A model generated the notes under the pieces. It searched no databases. It saw nothing but the letters and a program-made list of their open reading frames with translations, and was not told the DNA's origin. A program made the translations under genes and the position numbers. Below are positions 37,109 through 50,282 of a stretch of DNA of 64,000 bases, one piece after another; the stretch's first letter is position 1; each line of letters opens with the position of its first letter. The DNA is from Pecten maximus (lineage: Eukaryota): the NCBI RefSeq assembly GCF_902652985.1, contig NC_047015.1, forward strand, positions 44,392,001-44,456,000, written 5' to 3'.

Positions 37109-37949
37109 GTATGATAATCACAAAGACATCTGGCGACCATGATATCATGATATGCATTACACCGCTGATTAGATTCAAAACTCATTTCGGAATTAGTAAT
37201 AAAATAAATTCAACAGAATTATTCTGACAATGTAATCCCTGACACAAGGATGCAGTGTTTCCCATCGAGATTGTTGATTTTTTTCTGAATAAATGTTGGC
37301 AGCAGTTCAATTAAAATGCGCACTAAGTATTTTCTAATATCTCTAAATTATAAACGAAGAACGGATGTGAAGTCAAACAATTACAATGACATCAGTCTGG
37401 CAGCCAAGGACAAGCTTCCAATACAATTTCTGTGAAGCTGTGCGCCTGTCACGGTCTGCTAGGCCATTCTTCCTGATTATATTAACCAAGTCATTGCAGC
37501 CACTTCCACAAAATAGCATGGTGACTTATACATAATTTACAGTGTGTTTGGCTCGACTTGGTCTGGGACTATCCGTTTGTGTAGTACGATGATCTGGTGT
37601 TATGACGGGTAATCTTATATAGTACTGTAAAGGCTACCAACACTATAAGTAGTTGTCGAGAAGGACTGGCGCGTTGAAGGAAGGCCTGATCTGATCAAGT
37701 CATCTAGAAATTCTGCGTCGAACAAAAATTCCCATTATCATGCCAATTAGAAAATTGAGAAGTTTAATGTGTCTGATCCCTCGGTATTCCTAATGCACTA
37801 GCCATAATACTGGTTAAATATCAATATCAGTCTTGTTTTCTTTTGCGTTTCAACAATTCTCCTTTTGTGACGTTTTGTCCTAAATTTTCGATACAAAGGG
37901 AGACCATTCCTGTGTTGGTGAAAAGTTAGTGACTTATACATGTCAGAGA

Positions 37950-38620
37950 ACCGTAGCCTTATAATGAATTTTCCACAAAATTGATTATGCAATTTAGGAC
38001 TTCCGACGCATCTTTGAAATAGTCTTTCCGGGAACGTTCTTGTGAGACACATTTCGCCACGAGGAGATTGTTGGAAGGCCGCTGATAAACAATCGGTCCA
38101 AGCCAAAAGCTTATCTATACCGGTAACTCGATGTTTAATTTCGTGAAGAAGCGGTCTTACAGAAATTTAGGTAGATTACTTTAACGTTCTTTCTGTCGTC
38201 ATCCGCTTGTCCAGTCTTCAATACCCCACAGCCATGTAGCGTTGTGATTTTTTTTATTCATAAACCGTGATTGTGAACTGCAAACAAATCCTTTTTGTCC
38301 AAATGTTTTATGATGACTGTTATTAATGCCTGTGGGGGAATCGTAGAGGGCACGTTAGACGTTTTGTCGGTAACGTCAGGAGAATACCTCAAGCACTTCG
38401 TATGGACGGGGCATCGTGTACTAGTTTCCATCTGTTTCCTGACTTGCCTCGTTGAGCGTGGGCTTGTTGAATATGATGGATATTACTTGTATTAATGTCT
38501 CGATGGAGTTAGAGAGGAAGGCTGGACGGATGTTGTCGGGTTCTGTCCGACGATTTATTGGGGTCGATTTCCTTATTTGGTGCTTTCTGTTTCTTCCTGT
38601 ACAGTGTAGTGTTCATCGCT
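37950..38620 (-). mobile_element. Decayed CR1/L2-group LINE reverse transcriptase
   Basis: With frameshifts it reads KEIDPNKSS..PDNIRPAFL..VISIIFNK..RWKLVH..IIKHLDKKDLFAVHNHGL..IEDWTS..KNVKVIYLNFCK..KLLAWTD. This follows the RT-entry motif order KA.GPD / W+.A.V.P / QHGF / IYLDF.K. It may extend to ~37450. Confidence 0.75.
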
Positions 38621-38872
38621 TCATCTGTTTCAAGGCTTGTGTCATTAATCTCTCGTATTGTTTTAGTGATGATCGAGGAAGTTGTTTTCCGTTTAACATA
38701 TTCCAGACCACCCTAGATCTAGAATTCAACGTTGTGCTTTAATAGTTTAATAACATTGATGCTCTCATTTTTATTTTTCTTGTTTATTTTAAGTTTTTCA
38801 CTAATGCAATACTTTTGGATTTTGAAAAGGCTACCTTGAATCGTTTTCGATTTTGGTTTTCTTCTTGGATAA

Positions 38873-38923
38873 GGGGGGAGTTGGGGGGGGGGGGGGGGGG
38901 GGGGGGGGGAGGGGGGAGGGGGG
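38873..38923 (+). repeat. Poly-G tract
   Basis: ~50 nt of G runs. Confidence 0.9.
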
Positions 38924-39326
38924 TGCATTTGTAGTCATTTGTAAATATTCCTCGTGATCCGGAGAAGATTTTGGAAGCCACTGAATTAAACGTTTTCCAG
39001 GTAGAAATCATTCCATGCTTTCCTGGTTGTACACATTGACGATGATGTAATGAATTTCTGATTAAGGCCAAGGACCATAATCAGAGAATATCAGCTCCTG
39101 GCAAAAACTGAAAAATTGAAAGCATTGGCATATTGTTAAGAGCCTCTGTCAAATATCACAAAAAATTTAAGAAAAATAAACTGCTGTTTTCAAGGATTTA
39201 AAATCTGTGTTAAACCGGAATTATTTCTATCATTTTACATTGATTAATAGCCAAACCCCTAGTTGCTAAGTAATAGCAACCTCTATCAACGTCTTATGTC
39301 CAGCTGTCAATGATTGGCAACCTATG

Positions 39327-39820
39327 TTAGGGTCTAGTAACAGCTTTCAAAGTCTAGTCACCTCTGTAAGGGTCTAGTAACAGCTTTCAAAGTCTAGTCA
39401 CCTCTGTCAGGGTCTAGTAACAGCTTTCAAAGTCTAGTCACCTCTGTAAGGGTCTAGTAACAGCTGTCAAAGTCTAGTCACCTCTGTCAGGGTCTAGTAA
39501 CAGCTGTCAAAGTCTAGTCACCTCTGTCAGAGGTTAGTAACAGCTGTCAAAGTTTTGTCACCTCTGTCAGGGTCTAGTAACAGCTTTCAAAGTATAGTCA
39601 CCTCTGTTAGGGTCTAGTAACAGCTTTCAAAGTCTAGTCACCTCTGTAAGGGTCTAGTAACAACTGTCAAAGTCTTGTCACCTCTGTCAGGGTCTAGTAA
39701 CAGCTGTCACAGTCTAGTCACCTCTGTAAGGGTCTAGTAACAGCTGGCAAAGTTTTGTCACCTCTGTAAGGGTCTAGTAACAGCTGGCAAAGTCTAGTCA
39801 CCTCTGTAAGTCTAGTCACA
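39327..39820. repeat. 40-bp dimeric repeat (2 x 20 bp), ~12 copies
   Basis: AGGGTCTAGTAACAGCTTTCA alternates with AAGTCTAGTCACCTCTGTA; both halves share GTCTAGT. Confidence 0.95.
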
Positions 39821-40589
39821 TCTCTTTTTAAGACACCTCTTTCGACTTGCTAATCATTAATTGAATAACGCGTCGACGATTCAGACAGACCTGTTGAATT
39901 TTTCACACACTCATTTGGGTTGCAGGAACAAACGAAGTAATTTATATATATGTACATTGTCTGCCCTGTGAAAAGCTTTAGAAACTTATAATTAATGTCA
40001 CACGATACGAAGACGATATAGCTGGTTTGATATTCATGAACTATAAACCAGACTATATGTTATTACAATAGATAATGTAAAGAACAATGGAAGTTTGTGG
40101 CTGGAAGAAATCGTTGTGGCGTTTTAATACTGACAAACGCTGAGAACTACTGTACTAGAATGTATGTATATTTATTATAAAATCATATTGTTCACATTTG
40201 CTGATTGACTAAATTAGTGTCACGCGATTCCCGATAAAAAGTTATATTGACCGGCCATGCAAATAAAAACCTGGTAAAAAATGCTGGTCGACTTGGTGTT
40301 TCTAAAAATAGATTAATTATGAAATACTTTCCCTTGGTATTGTCCAACAGCGTAAACAAATCTTTTGAAACATAACCAGCAATAACTTTGACTGTTGGAA
40401 TATTGAATTATCTTAAGAATAAGTGTTTTAAATATATGTTCATGTATAAGATTACTTTTGGTTGGGTGGTAGTTAAAAGATATCATTAAATATTTACAAA
40501 TGCTTCACAAATCACAGTCTCTATACTTACATGTACAAGTGTTATTTGCACTCATTGAGAGATTATTAAAAATCAAAACAGTGATTTTA

Positions 40590-41040
40590 TAATAAAACTA
40601 TGATACCCTTTTTAATTCGGTCAATACAGTATATGATTTTACTACCTAAAAAAACAACGCTGGACTTCGTTCTCGGTTAATATGTTTTCAGGTTAATAAA
40701 ACCATGTATCGACATTATCGAAAGGCTATAATTGTATAATATGATATATTGTCCGATTTCGTCAATGCTCATTGGCTAAAACATGGTCGCGTGGAGGTTA
40801 ATATTTTATGGCATTAACCTGATATTTCTATTTTTAGACACGCCGAGCTAATATTGCGATTACGTCACAGTGTCTCAATGTAAATTTCATGTTATCAAGA
40901 TGAATATAATGTAATTCCACTCGTTTGGAAACAAGATTCATATCTGATATAAAAATGTAAGAGCTTTGGTTCGGTCAATATGGTGTTGTACTGACCTGGT
41001 AGAATCACAAATTGACCGAGGGCGTGACCATAATTGATAT
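40590..41040. mobile_element. Degraded non-autonomous hairpin-ended DNA element (possibly Crypton-like)
   Basis: An imperfect long inverted repeat spans ~40592-40740. The motif TTCGGTCAATA recurs at 40616 and 40970, with ATTGACCGA at 41010. Confidence 0.4.
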
Positions 41041-41887
41041 ATATATGTATATTATTTGATCTAGGACATTGATTTGCCTGTTTGAATAAAAGAGAAAGTC
41101 AATTTAACACGTGATCTATGACGATACTATATTTGTAACGTCTTGAAAAACTCTTAACAAATGCCAAATATGTTTGGCGAATGCATATCGTTTCATCTTG
41201 ATGGCATTTAGCACGCTTTCAATTTCCCTTCATCCGGCTCATATCACCACATATTCATCCACATCTGTCCATGATTGATCAATACTGTTCGTCATCATTA
41301 TCAAATACTTGTCTGATACATGTTTGTCATAAAACGACTTATTTCTGAGACAACCTTAGTGAAATACTTTTAAAGATATTAGGTAAATAAGTAGAGGTCG
41401 TTCCGTCTGATTTATTTGGTGGCCAATAAGACCAGTTGTCCGTCCCCTTCACGGTGTCCCCTTATAGAAATCCAGCTTGATTGTTTAAAAGCTAAATCCA
41501 TCATTCCATTAAACTAAAACGATGTTCCTAAACTAAGAAGAAAAATTCGTGTCTTCTTTTTTTCAGTGAAGAAATAGTGAAAGGGCAAAACGCCCATTTT
41601 ACCTGAAATGGCATTGTTTGGATTTTTTCCATTTATAGCAGGTACAACAACATAATGCAGACGAAAAAGAAAGGTTAAAAAGTAAATGGCGCTCTTTGCT
41701 CTTTGGTTTTATTCAATCAAACGGTGTTTTTACGAAGAGACAAAGCGAAAAGGCACCGTAAGTGCAGAGAAAGTCTCTAACATCCACCATACATACATGC
41801 GTATTGCATTTGTTTGTCATTTGAATTAGTTCTGCTGCATTACATACGGACTTTGTTCATTATAAAGTTCCGATAAAGCAGAAGTGT

Positions 41888-42015
41888 CGGACATGCCAGT
41901 TTTTTGAGGTGGGGGAAAGCCGTAGTACCCGGAGAACAATAGCCGGAATACGGTCAGTACCAGGCAAGTGCCCCACTTGGAGGTTGAGACCAAGTGATAG
42001 CGGATATGTGGTCAT
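41888..42015 (-). mobile_element. Degraded copy of the 50065 V-SINE family
   Basis: GGACATGCCAG..GAGGTGGGGGAAAGCCGTAGTACCCGGAGAA..GTCAGTACCAGGCAAGTGCCCCAC aligns to 50112-50198. Confidence 0.8.
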
Positions 42016-42970
42016 TGACTACTCTCTATACATGCCAGCTTGTTACACGAAAACCATTGTTCGGGTGTAAAGTTCTTACACAATGTACTCTGAGCCTTCA
42101 AACATACTTAACAGCTACTATAGTATCACGGTGGATGTTCGGAGGTCAAACACACTAAGGAATTGCTGGTATAAAGGCCACACACTAAACAACGGTTGTT
42201 ATAGTACGCTTTAGGCGGTCATACACCCTACAATTAGGTTTGCACGTTCTGTTTGAAAATTTCCTGCCGGTCGATACCACACAAGTCTCGGATATGCGGT
42301 CATCGAATTGAATCTATATGGGACAGCTTGCAACTAGAACTGCTACACGAAAATCACAGTCCGACTAGAAGCTTTATTGCATACTCAGGATCATAAAGAT
42401 GGAAGATTGGCCGAGTCTCGAGGCGATCTCATTTGATCAGTAGCATACAACTATCGCGAGATCTCGTCTCCAAAACATTCTCATACAGCATATCGGACTG
42501 GAGGATTTTTTTTTTTCAGAAAAATAAAAATAAAATATATAACCGTCGATGTATTGGAAATTAGTTTGACCTACAACATGTACATGCCGAACTAAGACTG
42601 CGTTGTCTCGCGCCATATTGGCTCCGAGTCTGTTCGGTACAACTGCTATGGTTTCAGCTATGAGAGGTATGTTGTACCGAATCCTTTTTCTCGGTGCTTA
42701 ATTCTATTCAAATCCTTCAAAGCGGTACTAATCAAATAAGCGCACAGACAGAATCTAATACCGCGAAGAACGAGATATCTACAAGACAAACAGACTCTTT
42801 GTGTTTGTAAACACTAAATATGGACAAGTGTACTCATTATATTAGCTGATAGTGGTTTCATGTTTCATAATATTTCATCGATTGTATTTCAATTCCTCTT
42901 GGATATAGTGATTTTCTACAAGAAATATCATTACTCACTCCATTAGTGATGCAGGTGAATAGGTAATAAG

Positions 42971-43810
42971 CTATACTACTAATGTAAATAACCTTTGAAC
43001 TATACTACTAATGTAAATAACCTTTGAACTATATTGCTATTATTAATGATATTTGAATTTTACTATTTATGTAAATGTCCTTTGAACTATACTTCTAATG
43101 TAAATAACCTTTGACCTATACTACTAATGTAAATGATCTTTGAACTATACTACTTATGTAAATGATCTTTGACCTATACTACTAATGTAAATGATATTTG
43201 AACTATATTACTAATGTAAATGTCCTTTGAACTCTACTTCTATGTAAATAACCTTTGACCTATCCTACTAATGTAAATAACCTTTGACCTATCCTACTAA
43301 TGTAAATAACCATTGAACTATACTACTTATGGAAATGGCCTTTGCACTACACTTCTAATGTAAATAACCTTTGAACTATAATATGAATGTAAATAAACTT
43401 TGAACTATACTACTTATGGAAATGATCTTTGAACTATACTACTAATGTAAATAACCTTTGAATTATGCTACTTATGGAAATGACCTTTGACCTATATTAC
43501 TAATGTACATAACCTTTGAACTATATTACTAATGTAAATAACCTTTGAACTATACTACTAATGTACATAACCTTTGAACTATATTACTAATGTAAATAAC
43601 CTTTGAACTATACTACTAATGTAAATAACCTTTGAACTATACTACAAATGTAAATAACCTTTGACCTATATTACTAATGTAAATAACCTTTGAACTATAC
43701 TATGAATGTAAATAACCTTTGAACTATACTACTTATGGAAATGATCTTTGACCTATACTACTAATGTACATAACCTTTGAACTATATTACTAATGTAAAT
43801 AACCTTTGAA
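42971..43810. repeat. 29-bp minisatellite, ~29 copies
   Basis: Unit CTATACTACTAATGTAAATAACCTTTGAA. Confidence 0.95.
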
Positions 43811-46694
43811 ACTATCCAGTTCGTGCCTAGGCGTTCGGATTAGTTTAAAACCTCACTACATGTATTGTTTTAATACGTTTTAACAATGAACTTTAACCTT
43901 CTTATTTGTTGAATAATTCACAGTTTGGCCAAGGAGTCAATTTCCAGTTGTCCTATATTACACCATGACAGATTCTCTGATACATTTACTGAAGTTGAAA
44001 TAACAATTTAGGTTCTGAAAAGGACTTTGTAGAAGGTAGTTAATTGGTTACATACACACAGCATATGACATATAGCTGTCAGTCCTCCACAAGAACATAT
44101 CACAACCTCTAAAATCACACGCATACACTACACACATGCTTCTCGAGCACAGGGGAGACCGTAACTGTTGATTGGTAAATAAAAAAGATACGGAATTTGC
44201 CGAAATGTTACGATGAGGATTTGACAAAATGGCTTCATCCAATTTCATAGACAATTCAATGAGACGTGACGTTGACTATTGATCCATTAACGAGTTGATA
44301 ACCGCGTGACTATTGTCATTGATAAAAACCTCTGTTGAATCATTATTGTTCATTTTGCTGTGGATGGGAGCATTTAGGTGATTCATTTATGGCTATGTTT
44401 ACCTTTATCATTTCAATGATCGTAAAATCCAGGAATGTTAAAAGCTGATCACAAACCAAACAAGTTTTAAGGCTATGGAATCTCCTGTGGGGGAAAAGTA
44501 CAGTTAGCAAACGTCATCACGCTTCGACGATTTACATGGCGATGACGGCGATGATGATATCGATACAGGAGTTTTAGTATAAAAGAGACACGCGAGACCC
44601 GTTATTATTAGACTCGGAACTAATACCGCCAGGATGGCGTTAAGATTTTTTAAAAGTCAAAATGAAGGTGGGAGTTTATTAACAGCACCCGGGTAGATTT
44701 TAGTGCTGCCTACCTCATCAGCCCATACAGTATTCATTATAACGATGTTTAAATTGTCCTGGGTTTATGCTGGTTTGACGGTACTGGATATCAATGTAGG
44801 TATAAATATTTAAGGACAATAACTGCAGTACAACAGGCTGGAAGTTACTTTATAGCGGGTGTGCTCTAGATCGTAACGACAGCAAAACCATGGCCTAGTT
44901 TGTTAGATAATCTACACGTATTCATGGACAGCTTTGAAGCGTTGATGATATAAGTCATGTAAAGACAAGTGTGTTACCTTCAACATAATTATGTTCGATA
45001 ATTAACGAAATCACAATCTGGTAAACCTTTCCAATACTAACCCTATTACACCAAGGTATGTTCTATTATGTTTATTCGTACAACGAGGGTGGCGACTGTA
45101 TTGAAATGTTTCATTTCTGATTTTATCCTGAGAAACAATGTGTATTTGTTGGGTCACACATGGGCAACTGCACATACGAAATTGGAAATCGGATTCGTTT
45201 GCGCATGCGCAGTGTTTTACACATATGCCACAGGGCCTGACATTAAACGTTTGCGCATGCGCAATTTGTGACACAGTACATCACGTGAATACGTTTGCGC
45301 ATGTACAGTTTGTGATACACGTGACATAGGCCATCACACAAACTAGTGCCTCAGTGTATGTAGTCTGTAATAAACGTGGTATCACACCACAATGGGATGC
45401 TTTTCCTATTAGTTACGCATTTATATGGCAATGGTGTGAAATATACCAACATACGTCGCATTTAAAAAAAAAAAGAAGAAAATTGATCAGCGAAAATGAA
45501 AATACAAATTATATGTTTTTGCCTTTAAACGTCATCCAAACTCACGAGACTGAAATGATAGTGGAAACTTGGCACAAATCAGATTCCATATACCACTTAC
45601 ACTATACATGTTTTATATATGACTATGATATATCGGCACTCTAATTCCCACGTGGACTATTCATTGAGTACGTACATAGCTGTAAATTGTATAGCGATTC
45701 ACTAATGGTGTGATAATGCATTGTATTGAAGGCTGATAATTCCACCGTGAGTGGCAGATATTTTGTTGTGTTGGTGCTAATAAGTACGGTTTATGGACCT
45801 TGGTTCACATGTCATTCACCGCCTCGAGACCGCCTACAGCCTATCAGGAAAGGCCTACCACGTCCTGGGTCACCATCGCCATCATTTATACGGCTCAGTC
45901 ACACCAACGAGTTGGTCATTCCTGTTGTTAGTTTCTATATTCAAGGCAATGTAATTATAATGCCTTCGGAAACGATAAAGGGTACAAAAATACTGTAGCT
46001 AATTCTATGGTGCTGATTATATCATCTAAATTATGTGTCTGTTTCTATTCAAACAACTCATTCGAAACCCCTATCCAATATAAATAGATCAGACAATCCT
46101 TGTTTAGACTTCACAACACGGAATGGACATTTTGCTAAGAACTGCTTTTGTATACTGTCGATGAAGTACCGCACGATTCCTGCCCCTCGGCGTCCGACAC
46201 GTCGTAATTGACCTTGTCATTTCCATCTATTACACATTCCGGTCTGATTAGGAAAGACATCTTAGAAGCTAAAATTCTTGTAGGACTGTTAGCAATGACT
46301 GCTGTCATGGGGCGCTCGCCACCAAACGTCTACTCCTTCATTTATTCCCATGTCGATTTGTAGTCGAAAGCCTGTCAGACGACGCTGTTGATACCGTAGT
46401 ATTGAACAGAATGATGAATTCCAAAATTGGCATTGGTGTAATGTATGACAAGCTTGTTTTATTTATACTGTCAAAAATATTTCATTTTTGGGAAGATTCT
46501 GTTCTGATAAAATCATTCCGAAATTGTAAAAAAAAACAACTATTTTTTAATAGTTCTGTCGCAACATATCGATTTTATCTACCTAGAGTTGTAATATTCG
46601 CGTGAACTTGTTATTAGTACGCGAATGTTTGGTGTGGGGGTGGGGAATGTTTGGTGTGGGGGTGGTGAAATTGGGTCTGGGTTTTCATTGTTAG

Positions 46695-46985
46695 GGCGTT
46701 AGTCCTATTAATATATCTGGTCATTTAAGGACGGTCTACCGTGTGTGCGAGTTGCACGCGTATTGTAATTGTGGTGCGGTGAGGACTTAATGCCGAATTC
46801 ATAGTGCTACCTCACTGAAGCATACTGTCAAAGACACCCGGCAATACACCCCACCCGGTTACATTACACTGACAACGGGCAAACCTGCAGTCTTGCTCTC
46901 ACAATGCTGAGTGGTTAGAAGGAGTTGTAACTACCATTTTTGAGACTCTGGTGTGTCTCCACCGGGGGACAGGGCCCGAAGCCTT
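46695..46985 (-). mobile_element. Degraded Meta/MESC-type SINE
   Basis: Central block ATAGTGCTACCTCACTGAAGCATA..CCCCACCCGGTTACATTACACTGACAACGGGC..AATGCTGAG..TACCATTTTT resembles the Meta domain as I recall it. Its 3' tail is shared with the 50065 SINE. Confidence 0.65.
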
Positions 46986-47867
46986 CATGAAAGGGGCGAA
47001 CACTCACCTAAAGGCCAAATGAGAGTCTGTCTCATGGGAGACATTAAAAAGAACATTGTTCAAAAAGAAGAGAAAAAGATAAGATCCCAAAGTTAGTCGC
47101 CCCTTACGGATCAGTACCTGCAGGTAATTGTTACTGGTGTCTGATAAGGACATCACCTTATTCAGACTCATAGACCACATTGATAATATAAAGTGCCTTC
47201 CTACATTCCATTAGGTGTCTTAGATCAGTTGATTATACATGTAAATGACCACATTTATTTCTATCGATGATTAAAGCGAAATGCTTACTCTCTCTCTGAT
47301 GCTGACTGTGCAACACAAACTCAAATGCTATCGGATTTTCATTTCTTTTTTGTTTATTTAAAAAATATATTTTAGATGGAAAATATCAATTTGGTCAAAC
47401 AAAAATTTGGAAATTGGTTGCTAATCAATATGAATTCAGGAGTTTTATCCTTAGGGTGTGATGAACATCAGTGTTAATACCAGATTAGTTCAATGACTTT
47501 CCTACAGCCTCGGCCTTTAAATTGCGTTATGCTGCAGAATCTAAACAGGTTTGTAACATAATGACCAAAAGGACGCTCACCTTATTTTTTTTTATTTTTA
47601 TAATTTCCGATTAATTTACACAAAATAAGGGTTTTGCAGACATTGATCCGGATTTCGAGTGATTAGCAGACAGTTCCGCACATTAAAACAGATTTGACTG
47701 TAAATAAGGTTTCTTAATTTCGTTGAATCCCCAGTAGCGTTGGCTGTTATGAACTACATCACGGACCCAAAGACTCTAACTCTTGTTTATCTGTCTCGGC
47801 TAAAATTACACGTATAGTGTAGAGGATCGAAACTAAAATAGATACCTGATACATAAATTATCACTTA

Positions 47868-48025
47868 ATCGAGTACCAAGTAGTTCAAAATAACTACTTA
47901 AACTTCATCGAGTACCAGGTAGTTCAAAATAAATACTTAATACATAAATAATCACGTCATCGAGTACCAGGTAGTTCAAAATAAATAAGTATACTTACTT
48001 CATCGAGTACCAGGTAGTTCAAAAT
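47868..48025. repeat. Four copies of a 25-bp motif with variable AT-rich linkers
   Basis: ATCGAGTACCAGGTAGTTCAAAATA at ~47868, 47907, 47959 and 48002. Confidence 0.8.
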
Positions 48026-50064
48026 ATCATGCTTGGCATAAAAGAGTGACTGTTTAAATTTGACAAAACTTTACTATTGTGTAGTATTTACGAGTGTGAA
48101 GTATGATATGGCTGATGGGAATGAAAGAAGCTGGATCAGCACAGCGGAAAGTAGCACGACTTACTAGATTGTCCTCCCTCTATAAGCAGGAAGTCTCGGA
48201 TTTTGAAACTTGTAGCAAGCATTACTAGGAAATTCCTTAAGTTAACAGTTTCCATGGGATACTACTTTTGGATTTCAGGGGGGACACTTTAGTCAAGGAA
48301 CTTTCCTTTCATTCTGTAATGCTTTCCCTTGGACAATTTTGCTGTAGGAATATTCGTGAAGCTGACATAGTTAGGAAGAAAGCAATGAAGTAAGAATATC
48401 TCTATCGATTTCTGAACCAGTTTGCTAGTCCAGTCAATTTACTCAAAATATAGCCTAACAAGGGACATCATTGCAATAGAATGTATTTATTCGTTTTTGG
48501 AAAGTTGGGTACCTACATTACAACAGAGGAAATGTCTGCCAACATCGAACGTTTGGAGACTGTCTTTTAAGCTTTCTAAGAGGTCAAGAAGTAAAGAAAA
48601 ATAAGTGTTAACCCTCATTAAGGTGCAATATCTACCTCTTATGTTATAATGGATATATAAAAAAAAACCACTATAGTAAGTTAAGACCAAATAATACACA
48701 ACACAGTCTTGCCAAAAATTGTTACCTGACTCTCTATGTAAATGCAAATGAAGTATTTTCGACTGTTGACCAGTCAATATTTTTGACTGCTGACTTGCGG
48801 GGACCATGCGCACGTGCCCAAACACCCAAATGATTAGGATGAAGCGTCTTTCTGGTCGTGATTTTTAAACAGGATATCAAGCAACACCTATAGGTTCGAA
48901 GAATTATCCAATCTGGGTTCGTTGTATCAAATTGAAATCAGCGATTCGGCTTAAAATGTCATAAAAGGGTTTGTATGAGTCAGTATGGGTTAAAATCATT
49001 TTTAACTTGACGATTATTTTTAATACGTAGGAAATATCATTAGCTAATCTCAACAGCTTGTGTTCACCTTCTGAAAATATGGCATTTAAATGTTTAGATT
49101 TGGCTAATTGTGCTGATTTGGGTTTTTTTTCAAATTTTGTTCATGTTTAATGATGCTAAAGTACCTATTTCTGTTACCTGTAATTTGAAAAATTGAAAGC
49201 TTATTTGAAATACCAATTTTAGCATCAAATGTTTCGAAGGTCTAACAGTGAAAATATCATCACCAGCAATTTTGTCTAAACAGTTAAAAAAAACTAAGTC
49301 CATGATTCTGAGTGATGAACTTAGACATCTTAACGGTTCGGTCAAATTTACACGAGAAGAGGTATTGATCAACCTGACTTCTTTCATTATTTCCTGATAT
49401 CTTAAACAAGATGGCATTTGTGCTTAGAAGAACATGCACAGAAAACGGTATCATGAGCTTTGGCTTTCATATTATAAAGACAAATTGCATGAATTGGGAC
49501 ATGATTCAATATCGCTTTGAAACATTTCCAACTCAGTCACACAGGTCAACTTGGAATCAATTCCATTTCATGAAAGCAAAACCTCTTGTTTAAGAAACAC
49601 ATACGTGGCGGTATACAATAACATTCTGGTCAGCTGTACAAGATCATATTGGTATCAAAACGTATTACTTAGTGTGACTGAAATATAGATATTTATCAAA
49701 TGTTATGTTCTAATTTTATTGTTATTTATTCTATCATCGTGTTTACATTGACATTACACTTACATTAAAGTCAACAACCCATTATAGATCTGTAATTTTA
49801 ATGGTTTTATTAAAAAAAATATTTTCGGATTTTTTTTTTTTACGTCAGGCTTTACCGTGAAAAGAGACTTTTGATTGTTAGAATATTAAAATATTCTAAT
49901 TTTAAGGTATTCGTAGATAATACTGGATACGGGGTGAATAACTATATTGCTATACCAGACCATTTACAATACAGATTATAAAAATGTAATAAAATCTTTC
50001 GGCACCATTGCATCATATACTAATCTACCATCAAATTGTTAATAAGCATTCCAATGTTGAATAG

Positions 50065-50282
50065 TTTGGTTTGTTTTGTTTAACGTCCTATTAACAGCCA
50101 GGGTCATTTAAGGACGTGCCAGGTTTTGGAGGTGGAGGAAAGCCGGAGTACCCGGAGAAAAACCACCGGCCTACAGTCAGTACCTGGCAACTGCCCCACG
50201 TAGGTTTCGAACTCGCAACACAGAGATGGAGGGCTAGTGATAAAGTGTCGGGACACATTAACCACTCGGCCACCGCGGCCCC
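50065..50282 (-). mobile_element. Full-length young tRNA-derived V-SINE with target-site duplication
   Basis: Head GGGGCCGCGGTGGCCGAGTGGTTAA (A-box), B-box GAGTTCGAAAC, V-domain GGTTTTTCTCCGGGTACTCCGGCTTTCCTCCAC and an (AAAC)n tail. An 11-bp direct repeat ATGTTGAATAG lies at 50054-50064 and 50284-50294. Confidence 0.92.
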
